A DNA stretch of 64,000 nt, from assembly GCA_002937585.1 (NCBI GenBank), contig PTKE01000002.1, positions 912 through 64,911 on the forward strand. The letters run 5' to 3'. The notes beneath the pieces are model-generated. The model searched no databases, was not told where the DNA came from, and saw only the letters and a program-made list of their open reading frames with translations. Below, one piece after another: positions 50,354 to 60,856 of this stretch (within the stretch, counting starts at the first letter, position 1; the number at the start of each line of letters is the position of its first letter). The position numbers and the translations under genes were made by a program. This stretch comes from Alphaproteobacteria bacterium MarineAlpha9_Bin6. GTDB lineage: Bacteria; Pseudomonadota; Alphaproteobacteria; UBA7887.

Positions 50354-51469
50354 TTAAAGCGTTACGATTTTAGGCGGTAGTCGCGTTTTGTTTTCCTTTA
50401 AGACCTTATCGGCGAGCCTTGCCGCGATATCGCTAAATGTTTTGGCATGTGCGCTATCCGGATTGGACATCACGATTGGTTTTCCTTGGTCCGAAGTCTC
50501 GCGGATTTCTATATCCAGCGGCACTTCGCCGAGGAATTCAACGTTAAGCTTCGCAGCCCATTTTCTTGCGCCACCGTGGCTAAAAATCTCGCTACGCTCT
50601 TCGCAGTGCGGGCAAACGAAGTAACTCATATTCTCGATGAACCCCAGGACAGGAACGTCTACTCGTTGGAACATGGCCAGTCCTTTTCGAGCGTCTAGCA
50701 AGGCGATGTCCTGGGGTGTTGATACGATCACTGCTCCGGCCAGCGGGACTCGTTGGGCCATCGTTAATTGCGCATCACCCGTACCGGGAGGCATGTCGAC
50801 TACTAAAATGTCAAGTTGGCCCCATTGCACGTCACGTAACATCTGTTCGAGTGCGCCTTGAACCATCGGACCGCGCCAAATCATCGGTGAATCTTCCTCG
50901 ACTAAGAAGCCCATCGACATGCATTTGACGCCATAGTTTTCAAGAGGAAGCAATTTCTTATTCTCGCCCGTTCGCGGCTTACCAGATATGCCGAGCATCC
51001 GGGGCATCGATGGTCCGTAAATATCCGCGTCCATTACGCCTATCCGATGACCATTTATCGCAAATGCAAGCGCAAGATTTGCGGCGATAGTCGATTTTCC
51101 GACTCCTCCCTTCCCGCTCGCTATCGCCACTATAGCGCCCACATCTGGAACGTCCGGTGCGGCCGGCGCAGTACTTTGCTCACGAGATACAGGGCGACTC
51201 GATTTTGACGCGGGTGCTTCGTGTTCGGCGGTCAGTACTGCTGTGGCTGACAGCACACCGGGCAGGGCACGCACCACTTTCTCACACGTGCGCCGTACGG
51301 ATTCCATTTGTTCAGCCCTGGATGGTTCGACCTCGAGGCTGAATCCGACGTTTCCGTCTTTTATGACAATGCCCGAAACCATTCCGAGCTCGATCACACT
51401 TTTGCCACCTGTGGGTTCATTGACCTCACCAAGGGCTTTCATAATTTGTTCTTCGTTGATAGGTGGCAT
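50354..51469 (-). CDS. apbC: Fe-S cluster carrier ATPase Mrp/ApbC
   Basis: N-terminal DUF59, SGKGGVGKST, DADIYGPS, DMPPGTGD, ENMS.F.CPHC. Confidence 0.95.
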   Translation of the reverse strand: MPPINEEQIMKALGEVNEPTGGKSVIELGMVSGIVIKDGNVGFSLEVEPSRAEQMESVRRTCEKVVRALPGVLSATAVLTAEHEAPASKSSRPVSREQSTAPAAPDVPDVGAIVAIASGKGGVGKSTIAANLALAFAINGHRIGVMDADIYGPSMPRMLGISGKPRTGENKKLLPLENYGVKCMSMGFLVEEDSPMIWRGPMVQGALEQMLRDVQWGQLDILVVDMPPGTGDAQLTMAQRVPLAGAVIVSTPQDIALLDARKGLAMFQRVDVPVLGFIENMSYFVCPHCEERSEIFSHGGARKWAAKLNVEFLGEVPLDIEIRETSDQGKPIVMSNPDSAHAKTFSDIAARLADKVLKENKTRLPPKIVTL

Positions 51470-51470
51470 T

Positions 51471-51498
51471 CTTGAAATCTACCTGTCTGGGCCAATAT
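51471..51498 (+). promoter_or_regulatory. Putative RpoH (sigma32) promoter for hflKC: CTTGAA-N15-CCAATAT
   Basis: One mismatch to the alphaproteobacterial RpoH consensus CTTGAA-N15/16-CCTATAT; upstream of the FtsH-modulator genes. Confidence 0.5.
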
Positions 51499-51532
51499 CC
51501 TGTCTGGGTCAATATCCTGTCTAGGGCAATGT
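51482..51532. repeat. 17-bp tandem repeat, three copies (plus a degenerate fourth to ~51549)
   Basis: CCTGTCTGGGCCAATAT / CCTGTCTGGGTCAATAT / CCTGTCTAGGGCAATGT. Confidence 0.9.
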
Positions 51533-51655
51533 ACTGGCTGGGTTCACGCTTTGGCGGGCTAAACTTACCGACGTTGACTGAATTTTTTGTTTCGTTGTTA
51601 GACGCCAGCACGCTAGCATGGCTTCATGACACGACTGATCAAAGGAACATAACCG

Positions 51656-52804
51656 ATGCCGTGGACCAATCAAGGTAATGGTGGGCCCTGGGGCCCACGC
51701 GGTAGCAACGGTGGCGATGGCGGCACCGGCGATGATGATGGAGGTTCATGGGGACGCCGCGGTCCTGGCGGTGGATCTCAAGGCCCGGACATCGAGGATC
51801 TTTTGCGTCGCGGCCAGGATAGGATTCGCGGTTTTTTGCCGGGGAATTTTGGTGGCAAGGGCATCTCTCTTGTCTTGCTAATACTGTTAGCACTCTGGCT
51901 TGGCTCCGGGTTCTATACTATCGCTCCGGAAGAGCAGGGCGTGGTACTGCGCTTTGGGGAGTTTTACAAGACTACTCAGCCCGGCCTTAACTACCACTTT
52001 CCCTACCCGATCGAAACTGTGATCAAGGTGGCGGTATTGACAGTGCGCCGAGTTGAGATTGGCTTCCGCACTGGCTCTGAAAGGACGAGAACCCCCACCC
52101 GTAACATTGATGATGAGAGCTTGATGCTTACCGGTGACGAGAACATTATCGACGTCAATTTTGTAGTTCAATGGGCGCTGAAGGATGCCGCAGCCTTTAC
52201 GTTCAATATTCGCAACTCCGCCCAGACGGTTAAGGATGCCGCCGAAAGCGCTATGCGGGAAGTGATAGGAAAATCTAATATCGCCGCGGCGTTGGCCGAG
52301 GAAAGAGAACGTGTTGCGAATGACACTCAAGATTTGCTGCAGGGTGTGCTCGACGACTACGAAACTGGCATCTTGGTGACAGAGTTGCTGTTACAACGTG
52401 CCGATCCTCCGCCGGCGGTGATTGAGTCTTACCGCGATGTTCAACGGGCAAAGGCGGATCAGGAGCGTCTAATCAATGAGGCAGACGCGTTTAAAAACCG
52501 CGTTGTGCCGGAAGCCAATGGTCAGGCCGCTCAGCTTCGTGCGGAGGCGGAGGCGTACAAGGAGCAAGTGGTAGCACGCGCCGAGGGAGCGGCTCAGCGT
52601 TTTATTGCCGTTTACGACGTATATAGTGGGGCTCGTGAAGTTACCAAACAACGCATTTACCTTGAGACCATGGAAGATGTGTTTCGAGATATGAACAAGG
52701 TGATAATCGATACTGGTCAGAGTGGGCCTGGCGTAGTGCCGTATTTACCACTTCCAGAAATACAAAAACGTGCGACGACACGTGAGACTGCGGGAGAACG
52801 ATAA
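51656..52804 (+). CDS. hflK: FtsH protease modulator HflK
   Basis: MPW..QG.GGPWG, GVVLRFG, MLTGDENI, R.YLETME. Confidence 0.96.
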   Translation: MPWTNQGNGGPWGPRGSNGGDGGTGDDDGGSWGRRGPGGGSQGPDIEDLLRRGQDRIRGFLPGNFGGKGISLVLLILLALWLGSGFYTIAPEEQGVVLRFGEFYKTTQPGLNYHFPYPIETVIKVAVLTVRRVEIGFRTGSERTRTPTRNIDDESLMLTGDENIIDVNFVVQWALKDAAAFTFNIRNSAQTVKDAAESAMREVIGKSNIAAALAEERERVANDTQDLLQGVLDDYETGILVTELLLQRADPPPAVIESYRDVQRAKADQERLINEADAFKNRVVPEANGQAAQLRAEAEAYKEQVVARAEGAAQRFIAVYDVYSGAREVTKQRIYLETMEDVFRDMNKVIIDTGQSGPGVVPYLPLPEIQKRATTRETAGER

Positions 52805-53685
52805 TGAGCGGACGTATCTCTGTAATAGCCATTATCTTAGTCGTAGCTGCGGTGTTTGCGACGCTTAGTGCGGCATTCATTGTCGATCAACGTGAGCAGG
52901 CTTTGGTCCTCCAGTTTGGTGACCCAATACGGATAATTCGGGAGCCAGGTCTCAATTTTAAATTGCCATTTATTCAACAAGTGGTTCGTTTCGATAAACG
53001 TTTACTCGATTACGACAATGCGCCAGAAGAGGTGATTGCGTCGGATCAGAAACGTCTCGTAGTAGATGCTTTTGCTCGTTATCACATTGTTGATCCGCTT
53101 AAATTCTATCAAACGGTGGGAACCGAGCTTGCACTTAGGCCACGTCTTGGCTCGGTGATTAATTCGACTCTTAGACAGGTGCTAGGCACCGAGCCGCTGC
53201 AAGAAGTGGTATCTGAAAAACGCGGTGATTTGATGATGCGGATTCGCGACCTCGTTCGCGTAGAGGCGAGTGCCTTTGGCATTAGGGTTGAGGATGTGAG
53301 AATCAAACGCGCAGACTTGCCCGTCGCGAACTCTGAGGCGATCTATCGACGTATGCAGACCGAACGTCAGCAAGAGGCCGCTGAGCTGCGCGCTAAAGGC
53401 GCTGAGGAGGCGCAAAAGATACGTGCTGAGGCCAATCGCCAGAAGGTAGTGATTGTGGCACACGCCGAGCGAGACTCTCAAATTCTGCGTGGCGATGGTG
53501 AGGGGGAGATGAATAGGATTTTCGCGGACGCATTTGGCCGCGATCCTGAATTCTTTTCCTTTTACCGATCAATGCAAGCTTATCAGGAGGCGCTTTCAGG
53601 CGATGACACCACAATGGTGTTATCACCGGATAGCGATTTTTTCCGCTATTTTGGTGCTCATAGCGGTGATCCTTCAAATAAATGA
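52804..53685 (+). CDS. hflC: FtsH protease modulator HflC
   Basis: DQKRL.VDAFARY, DVRIKRADLP, RM..ER, DPEFF.FYRS..AY, LSPDS.FF. Confidence 0.96.
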   Translation: MSGRISVIAIILVVAAVFATLSAAFIVDQREQALVLQFGDPIRIIREPGLNFKLPFIQQVVRFDKRLLDYDNAPEEVIASDQKRLVVDAFARYHIVDPLKFYQTVGTELALRPRLGSVINSTLRQVLGTEPLQEVVSEKRGDLMMRIRDLVRVEASAFGIRVEDVRIKRADLPVANSEAIYRRMQTERQQEAAELRAKGAEEAQKIRAEANRQKVVIVAHAERDSQILRGDGEGEMNRIFADAFGRDPEFFSFYRSMQAYQEALSGDDTTMVLSPDSDFFRYFGAHSGDPSNK

Positions 53686-53724
53686 TGACGGGAATTTACG
53701 TCCGTTAACCGGCCGGAAAACATA

Positions 53725-53913
53725 TTGTTTGTCGATATAATCACTGTATTCGCCTTGGTGTTGGTCTTTGAGGGTGTCGTCTACACTTTGTTTCCGTCGC
53801 AAATGAAAAATTTCATGGGCCGCATGATGGATATGCCGACGTCGTTATTACGGAATTCGGGTCTCGTCGCTGCCGTGGCAGGCGTTCTTTTGGTTTGGTT
53901 AATCCGCGGATAG
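53725..53913 (+). CDS. DUF2065 family small membrane protein
   Basis: ALVLVFEG..Y.LFP..MK, LR..GL; typical position after hflC. Confidence 0.85.
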   Translation: MFVDIITVFALVLVFEGVVYTLFPSQMKNFMGRMMDMPTSLLRNSGLVAAVAGVLLVWLIRG

Positions 53914-54223
53914 CGTATGGCCCCTTCGCTTGGATGAGTGTTTACAAAAGATCCATACGCAAACTACGGAGCAGCAAGCGATGGGAGTTAACACGGGTTT
54001 CACAAAACTAGGGATATCAGTGCCTGACCGTTTCGCTTGAAAAGCTCAAGGCAAGTTACTAAGTAATCGGAAATCAAAATCTATGGGCAACCAAAAATTG
54101 TTCGGTGACCAGGGCGATTTAGCGTGGGAGGATTGCCAAGTGCGACAGAAAATTGCGGTGAACGTTGATGGGTGCCACTCTGGGACCGAATCGCTCCTTT
54201 CATTAGACAGCTGGTTGTCCTTG

Positions 54224-55675
54224 ATGCAACTCTGTCGCCGTGGAGTAGTGGTCGCGTTCTTCTTGTCATTGGTCTGGACCTCAGCCGTAGCAGCGGATTC
54301 TGCGCCACCAGATTTTTCCGATCTCTCCGAGCGGTTATTGCCAGCGGTGGTGAATATCGCGACGACCCAGGACGTGCAGTCTGGTTCTGGGCAACCAGCT
54401 CCGCAATTCCCCCCTGGTTCGCCATTTGAAGAGTTTTTCAAAGATTTTTTTGAAAAGCGAGGAGAGAAGCCACGTGAACGAGAGTCAGGCCCTCGGCCCA
54501 GATCTCTCGGCTCTGGATTCGTGATTAGTTCAGATGGTTATATTGTTACAAATAACCACGTTATTGCTGGTGCTGCAGAGGTCGTGGTAACTTTTGCCAA
54601 TGATATTACCTTGAAGGCCACAATCGTTGGGCGTGATCCTAAGACTGACTTAGCCTTGCTGAAGGTTGAGCCTGAACACTCACTGACATCCATCGAGTGG
54701 GGTGATTCGGATGCGGCTCGGGTCGGCAATTGGGTGTTGGCGATCGGCAATCCCTTTGGTTTGGGGAACACAGTGACAGCGGGCATTATTTCTGCGCGTG
54801 CACGGGATATAAATGCCGGTCCATTCGACGATTTTCTGCAGACTGATGCCGCGATCAATAGAGGTAATTCAGGCGGTCCGCTTTTTAATCTTCAAGGGCG
54901 AGTTGTAGGAATCAACACTGCGATCTATTCGCCGTCTGGCGGCAGTGTAGGGATCGGTTTCTCTGTTCCGTCCAACTTGGCAAAGAATGTGGTTCACCAG
55001 CTTCGTGATTACGGTGAAACTCGACGTGGTTGGCTTGGCGTCCGGATACAAACCGTGACCGATGATCTGGCAGAGAGCCTAAATCTCGACACAGCTTCTG
55101 GCGCCTTGATTGCTAGCGTGTCTCCCGATAGCCCGGCGAGTGCGGCAGGCCTTAAAGTCGGAGATGTTATCCTATCTTTCGATGGTAAATCGGTGAACAC
55201 AATGCGCCGGCTTCCGCGAATTGTCGCTGAGACCGAGATTGACAAGCCGGTCCAGGTCGAACTTTGGAGGGAAGGCGAAACAATCACTGTCGGTGTGGTT
55301 GTGGGGCTTTTGGATGAGGGTGAATTAGAGGTCGCATCGGCGAGACCAAAGGCTGATGAACCTGTGGTTGAAGAGGTTCCTTCATTGGGACTAACGGTTT
55401 CTAGCCTGACGCAAGAGCTCCGTCAGCAGTTTGAACTCGGGGATACGGCCAACGGCGTAATGGTGGTGCGTGTCCATGGTGGGGGTGGTGCTGCCGAAAA
55501 AGGTATTCAGCCCGGCGATTTGATCGTAGAAGTCGGCCAGGAAGAAGTATCGAGTCCATCGGACGTGATTGATAAAATCGGTAAAGAAAAAGCGCAAAAT
55601 AAGAGTACAGTTCTACTTCTTTTAGACCGCCAAGGAGACTTACAGTTTGTCGCGGTTCGCATATCCGACAGTTAA
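54224..55675 (+). CDS. DegP/DegQ (Do) serine endoprotease with two PDZ domains
   Basis: SLGSGF, TNNHV, DP.TDLA, QTDAAINRGNSGGPL, RGWLGV; signal peptide from ATG 54224 (ORF open from 54083). Confidence 0.93.
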   Translation: MQLCRRGVVVAFFLSLVWTSAVAADSAPPDFSDLSERLLPAVVNIATTQDVQSGSGQPAPQFPPGSPFEEFFKDFFEKRGEKPRERESGPRPRSLGSGFVISSDGYIVTNNHVIAGAAEVVVTFANDITLKATIVGRDPKTDLALLKVEPEHSLTSIEWGDSDAARVGNWVLAIGNPFGLGNTVTAGIISARARDINAGPFDDFLQTDAAINRGNSGGPLFNLQGRVVGINTAIYSPSGGSVGIGFSVPSNLAKNVVHQLRDYGETRRGWLGVRIQTVTDDLAESLNLDTASGALIASVSPDSPASAAGLKVGDVILSFDGKSVNTMRRLPRIVAETEIDKPVQVELWREGETITVGVVVGLLDEGELEVASARPKADEPVVEEVPSLGLTVSSLTQELRQQFELGDTANGVMVVRVHGGGGAAEKGIQPGDLIVEVGQEEVSSPSDVIDKIGKEKAQNKSTVLLLLDRQGDLQFVAVRISDS

Positions 55676-55737
55676 CCGAATCAGCTTTGGGGTGGGACTA
55701 GCATCATCGGATTTGTGATGGGGCTACTACTTTTGCT

Positions 55738-56727
55738 ATGACGATCGGTCCGGTGATTATCGTGGCGGGGCCGACCGCGAGCGGTAAATCGGGTCTAGGA
55801 CTTGAATTGGCAAGGCGTTTCGGAGGTGTGGTTGTCAATGCTGACAGCCTACAAGTGTATCGCGAACTCCGGATTTTGACCGCCCGTCCTGACGCAAAAG
55901 CTGAAGCAGCAATCTCTCATCGCCTCTATGGCATGGTTCCTGTTTCCGAGAGATTTTCGGTTGGGCAGTGGCTCACTATGGCACAGCGCGAAATCAACTC
56001 GGTCCATAAGGCGGGCGGTCTGCCGATATTTGTCGGCGGCACTGGACTATATATTCGTTCTCTGATTACTGGAATTGCGCATATTCCAGAAGTTTCAGCT
56101 GCCGTGCGGCGTGAAGCTACCAAACTTTACCAGCAACTTGGTGGGGTAACGTTTAGAGCACGTCTTGCTGCACGAGATCCTAAGACCGCAGCACGTTTGC
56201 AAGATGGCGATAAACAACGTTTGATTCGTGCATGGGAAGTATTGGAGGCCACTGGAAGACCAATTAGCGAATGGCAGTCAGGCAAGAGTTTAGGAGGGCT
56301 CAAGTCACCTTTCTTCGTGTTAGCGATAATGCCCCCGCGCGCCAAACTATACCGGGAGTGTGATTTGCGATTTGAAAGCATGTTGCGTGCTGGTGCACTT
56401 GAAGAGGTTGCGTCTCTGGAAAGGCTTGGTCTCGACCCTTCCTTACCCGCAATGAAGGCGCTAGGGGTGCCGGCCCTCTTCAGCCATTTGCGAGGTGACT
56501 TATCGCTGGACGATACGCGCCAAATAGTTTGTCAAGCGATCCGCAATTATGCCAAACGTCAATACACTTGGTTCCGTAATCAACTTACCGCCGACATTGA
56601 AGTGGCAGATCTGACGATTTCCCAACGGGATGTAACCGACGCCCTCAGTCGCTTTCTATTGACGACGTCGCAGCAAAGAACTAGCGTCGCGCCCTTTCCA
56701 GCCACCTCCAGCGTTGGTAAGAGTTGA
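55738..56727 (+). CDS. miaA: tRNA dimethylallyltransferase
   Basis: GPTASGKS, NADS.QVY, VGGTGLY, YAKRQ.TWFR. Confidence 0.96.
   Translation: MTIGPVIIVAGPTASGKSGLGLELARRFGGVVVNADSLQVYRELRILTARPDAKAEAAISHRLYGMVPVSERFSVGQWLTMAQREINSVHKAGGLPIFVGGTGLYIRSLITGIAHIPEVSAAVRREATKLYQQLGGVTFRARLAARDPKTAARLQDGDKQRLIRAWEVLEATGRPISEWQSGKSLGGLKSPFFVLAIMPPRAKLYRECDLRFESMLRAGALEEVASLERLGLDPSLPAMKALGVPALFSHLRGDLSLDDTRQIVCQAIRNYAKRQYTWFRNQLTADIEVADLTISQRDVTDALSRFLLTTSQQRTSVAPFPATSSVGKS
56659..56687 (+). promoter_or_regulatory. Putative sigma70 promoter for ilvI inside the miaA 3' end: TTGACG-N17-TAGCGT
   Basis: Near-consensus -35, 17-nt spacer and TAxxxT -10, about 80 nt upstream of ilvI. Confidence 0.45.
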
Positions 56728-56766
56728 AGGGCCGGAGCGACTAGCTTCGGCGTTAGGGGTTTCGTG

Positions 56767-58515
56767 ATGCGTCTGACCGGCAGCGAAGTCGTTGTAAGAA
56801 GCCTGGTGGATCAGGGGGTTGATGTTGTGTTCGGATATCCCGGCGGCGCTGTGTTGCCGATTTACGACGCTATTTTTCAACAGAATGAGCTTCGCCATAT
56901 TTTAGTGCGGCACGAACAGGCGGCGGTCCATGCAGCGGAAGGGTATGCTCGCTCAACGGGAAAGGTGGGCGTTGTACTTGTTACATCTGGTCCGGGGGCT
57001 ACTAACGCGGTTACTGGTCTCACGGATGCCCTAATGGATTCGATTCCGGTGGTGTGTCTTACGGGTCAAGTGCCAACGCATTTGATCGGCAATGATGCCT
57101 TTCAGGAGGCGGATACGGTCGGCATTACGCGGCCATGTACCAAACACAATTATTTGGTCAAGGATGTAGATAAACTTTCTTATACCATCTCTGAAGCGTT
57201 TTATGTAGCGCGCAGTGGTCGACCTGGTCCAGTAGTGGTTGATCTGCCCAAGGATATTGTGAACGAGGAAACGAATTATGAGAAGCTCGGGAAAATTGAA
57301 CACCGGAGTTACCGCCCGGTCACTCGCGCCGAGCCGCACGCGATCAAGGAGGCCGTATCGCTGTTGGAAGGAGCAGAGCGCCCCATTATTTATTCGGGGG
57401 GGGGAGTAATTAATTCCGGCAACCGAGCCAGTAAATTACTTAAGAAATTTGCTCACGAAACCGGGTTCCCAGTTACCAACACCCTCATGGGGCTCGGAGG
57501 ATTTCCTGGCAACGACCCTCAGTTCATAGGGATGCTAGGTATGCATGGGACCTATGAAGCGAATATGGCCATGCATGACTGTGACGTGATGTTCGCGGTG
57601 GGCGCCCGTTTCGATGATCGAGTCACGGGACGCCTTTCTGATTTTGCGCCAACCGCGAAAAAAATTCAGATAGATATCGATCGGTCTTCAATCAATAAGA
57701 ATGTGTTTGTAGACATTCCTTTGGTGGGAGATGTGGCTAACGTCCTAGAAGATATACAGGCTGTTTGGAAACAGGAAAAAAGGTCTTCCAATAAAAAGGC
57801 GGTTAAAAGTTGGTGGGAGCAAATTGATTGCTGGCGAGAGGTCAACTGTCTCAAGTACGAACAATCTTTGAATTCTATTAAGCCACAATACGCATTGCAG
57901 CGATTGCATGAGATAACTAAGGATCTGGATGTCTACATCACCACTGAGGTTGGTCAACATCAGATGTGGGCAGCGCAATTCTTTCGTTTTGATGAGCCAC
58001 GCCGATGGATGACTTCTGGAGGTCTTGGCACCATGGGTTACGGTTTTCCGGCAGCGACGGGAGTGCAAATCGCACATCCGAACTCGTTGGTCATTGATAT
58101 TGCGGGTGAAGCCTCGTTTTTGATGAACATGCAGGAGCTCTCGACGGTTAAGCAGTACCGGCTACCGGTCAAAGTGTTCATCATAAACAACGAATATATG
58201 GGGATGGTACGCCAGTGGCAGGAATTCTTTCACGGTGGTCGCTACGCAGAAAGCTATACTGACTCTCTTCCCGATTTCGTGGCACTGGCTGAGTCCTACG
58301 GCATGAAGGGATTGCGGGCAACTAAACCAGATCAAGTTGATGATCTTATAAAAGAAATGATTGCTCATGATGGCCCTGTTATCGCCGACGTACAGGTAGA
58401 AAAAATGGAAAACGTCTTTCCAATGATTCCGGCGGGTGCCGGTCACCATGAGATGAAATTGGGATCGGACGATAATGTCCCGCTGCGCACCGAAGAGGGG
58501 ATGGTCTTAGTATAG
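56767..58515 (+). CDS. ilvI: Acetolactate synthase (AHAS) large subunit, biosynthetic
   Basis: FGYPGGAVLPIYD, RHEQ, TSGPGATN, GMLGMHG, EVGQHQMW, GMVRQWQ. Confidence 0.93.
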   Translation: MRLTGSEVVVRSLVDQGVDVVFGYPGGAVLPIYDAIFQQNELRHILVRHEQAAVHAAEGYARSTGKVGVVLVTSGPGATNAVTGLTDALMDSIPVVCLTGQVPTHLIGNDAFQEADTVGITRPCTKHNYLVKDVDKLSYTISEAFYVARSGRPGPVVVDLPKDIVNEETNYEKLGKIEHRSYRPVTRAEPHAIKEAVSLLEGAERPIIYSGGGVINSGNRASKLLKKFAHETGFPVTNTLMGLGGFPGNDPQFIGMLGMHGTYEANMAMHDCDVMFAVGARFDDRVTGRLSDFAPTAKKIQIDIDRSSINKNVFVDIPLVGDVANVLEDIQAVWKQEKRSSNKKAVKSWWEQIDCWREVNCLKYEQSLNSIKPQYALQRLHEITKDLDVYITTEVGQHQMWAAQFFRFDEPRRWMTSGGLGTMGYGFPAATGVQIAHPNSLVIDIAGEASFLMNMQELSTVKQYRLPVKVFIINNEYMGMVRQWQEFFHGGRYAESYTDSLPDFVALAESYGMKGLRATKPDQVDDLIKEMIAHDGPVIADVQVEKMENVFPMIPAGAGHHEMKLGSDDNVPLRTEEGMVLV

Positions 58516-58841
58516 ACGTTAGAGTGATTTAAGCTGCTGCATTATGGGATCGCTAAGCCATCTATCGGTTGGACAATAATGATTGTGGCAAGCTATCGCA
58601 CTGGGCTTTGTCCACTGGTCGCGTTACCAACGGTCGTAGTCAGTTTAGGATTTTAGCCGGTCAAAATTGATTGGCCTGGTCGCGGATAGTGCTGGATTTC
58701 TCCCTGTGATGTTGCGCTTTTATTAAGAGTCTCGGAGAATTGGGGCCCTGCGCTTTACAAGCTCTGCCAACTCGTTAGAGTGCGCGCCCGCCGGCTCCAC
58801 TAACGAGCAGCTTGAATTTTGCGTTGGGCCTGGGGGTAAAA

Positions 58842-60406
<1,565 letters not shown>

Positions 60407-60742
60407 TAGCCTTACCTTTTTTGTTGCGTCACCGTTGTGGCTAGGTCGCCAACTTCCCAAGGGTCCAAACTAGAAAACCAATAAATTGTTGCCTGGGCGG
60501 GCGAAAAGGGCGTAAACATTAACCTGAGATCTGCCTTTCGAAAGCCTTTTGTGACAAAGGGTTAGGCCTTTTGGCTGGAGGTATGATCGGGATCGCGTGT
60601 GGGCCCGTCTGAGGGTTCGCGAGCGGACGGAACGCGGAGAGTTCCTGTGCCATGACCGCGTATCGGTTTTCCAGTTGTTCATTTTGTGCCGCGAGGGTGT
60701 GGCATATGCACGGTGACGTTGGCGTTACGGCATCCGCAATGG

Positions 60743-60840
60743 GGCGATGGCAGGGTGGTCATTGGCGACTTAGCCACCCCTGAGCGGGAACTTGACTATT
60801 TGCTCAGGGGTACATCACGACTTAATTAAGCCCCATCGCC
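60743..60840 (+). promoter_or_regulatory. Structured leuA 5' leader with alternative hairpins
   Basis: CCCCTGAGC(60777-85)/GCTCAGGGG(60802-10) stem; overlapping GGGTGG/CCACCC stem; outer GGCGATGG(60743)/CCATCGCC(60833-40) stem. Confidence 0.5.
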
Positions 60841-60856
60841 GGAAGTGAGTTTAGCA

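Noticed and set aside
51482..51549. Mini CRISPR array
   Set aside because: The 17-bp units are contiguous with no spacers, and there are no cas genes
60652..60783. Classical leucine attenuator leader peptide
   Set aside because: The uORF has a single Leu codon and no U-rich terminator follows
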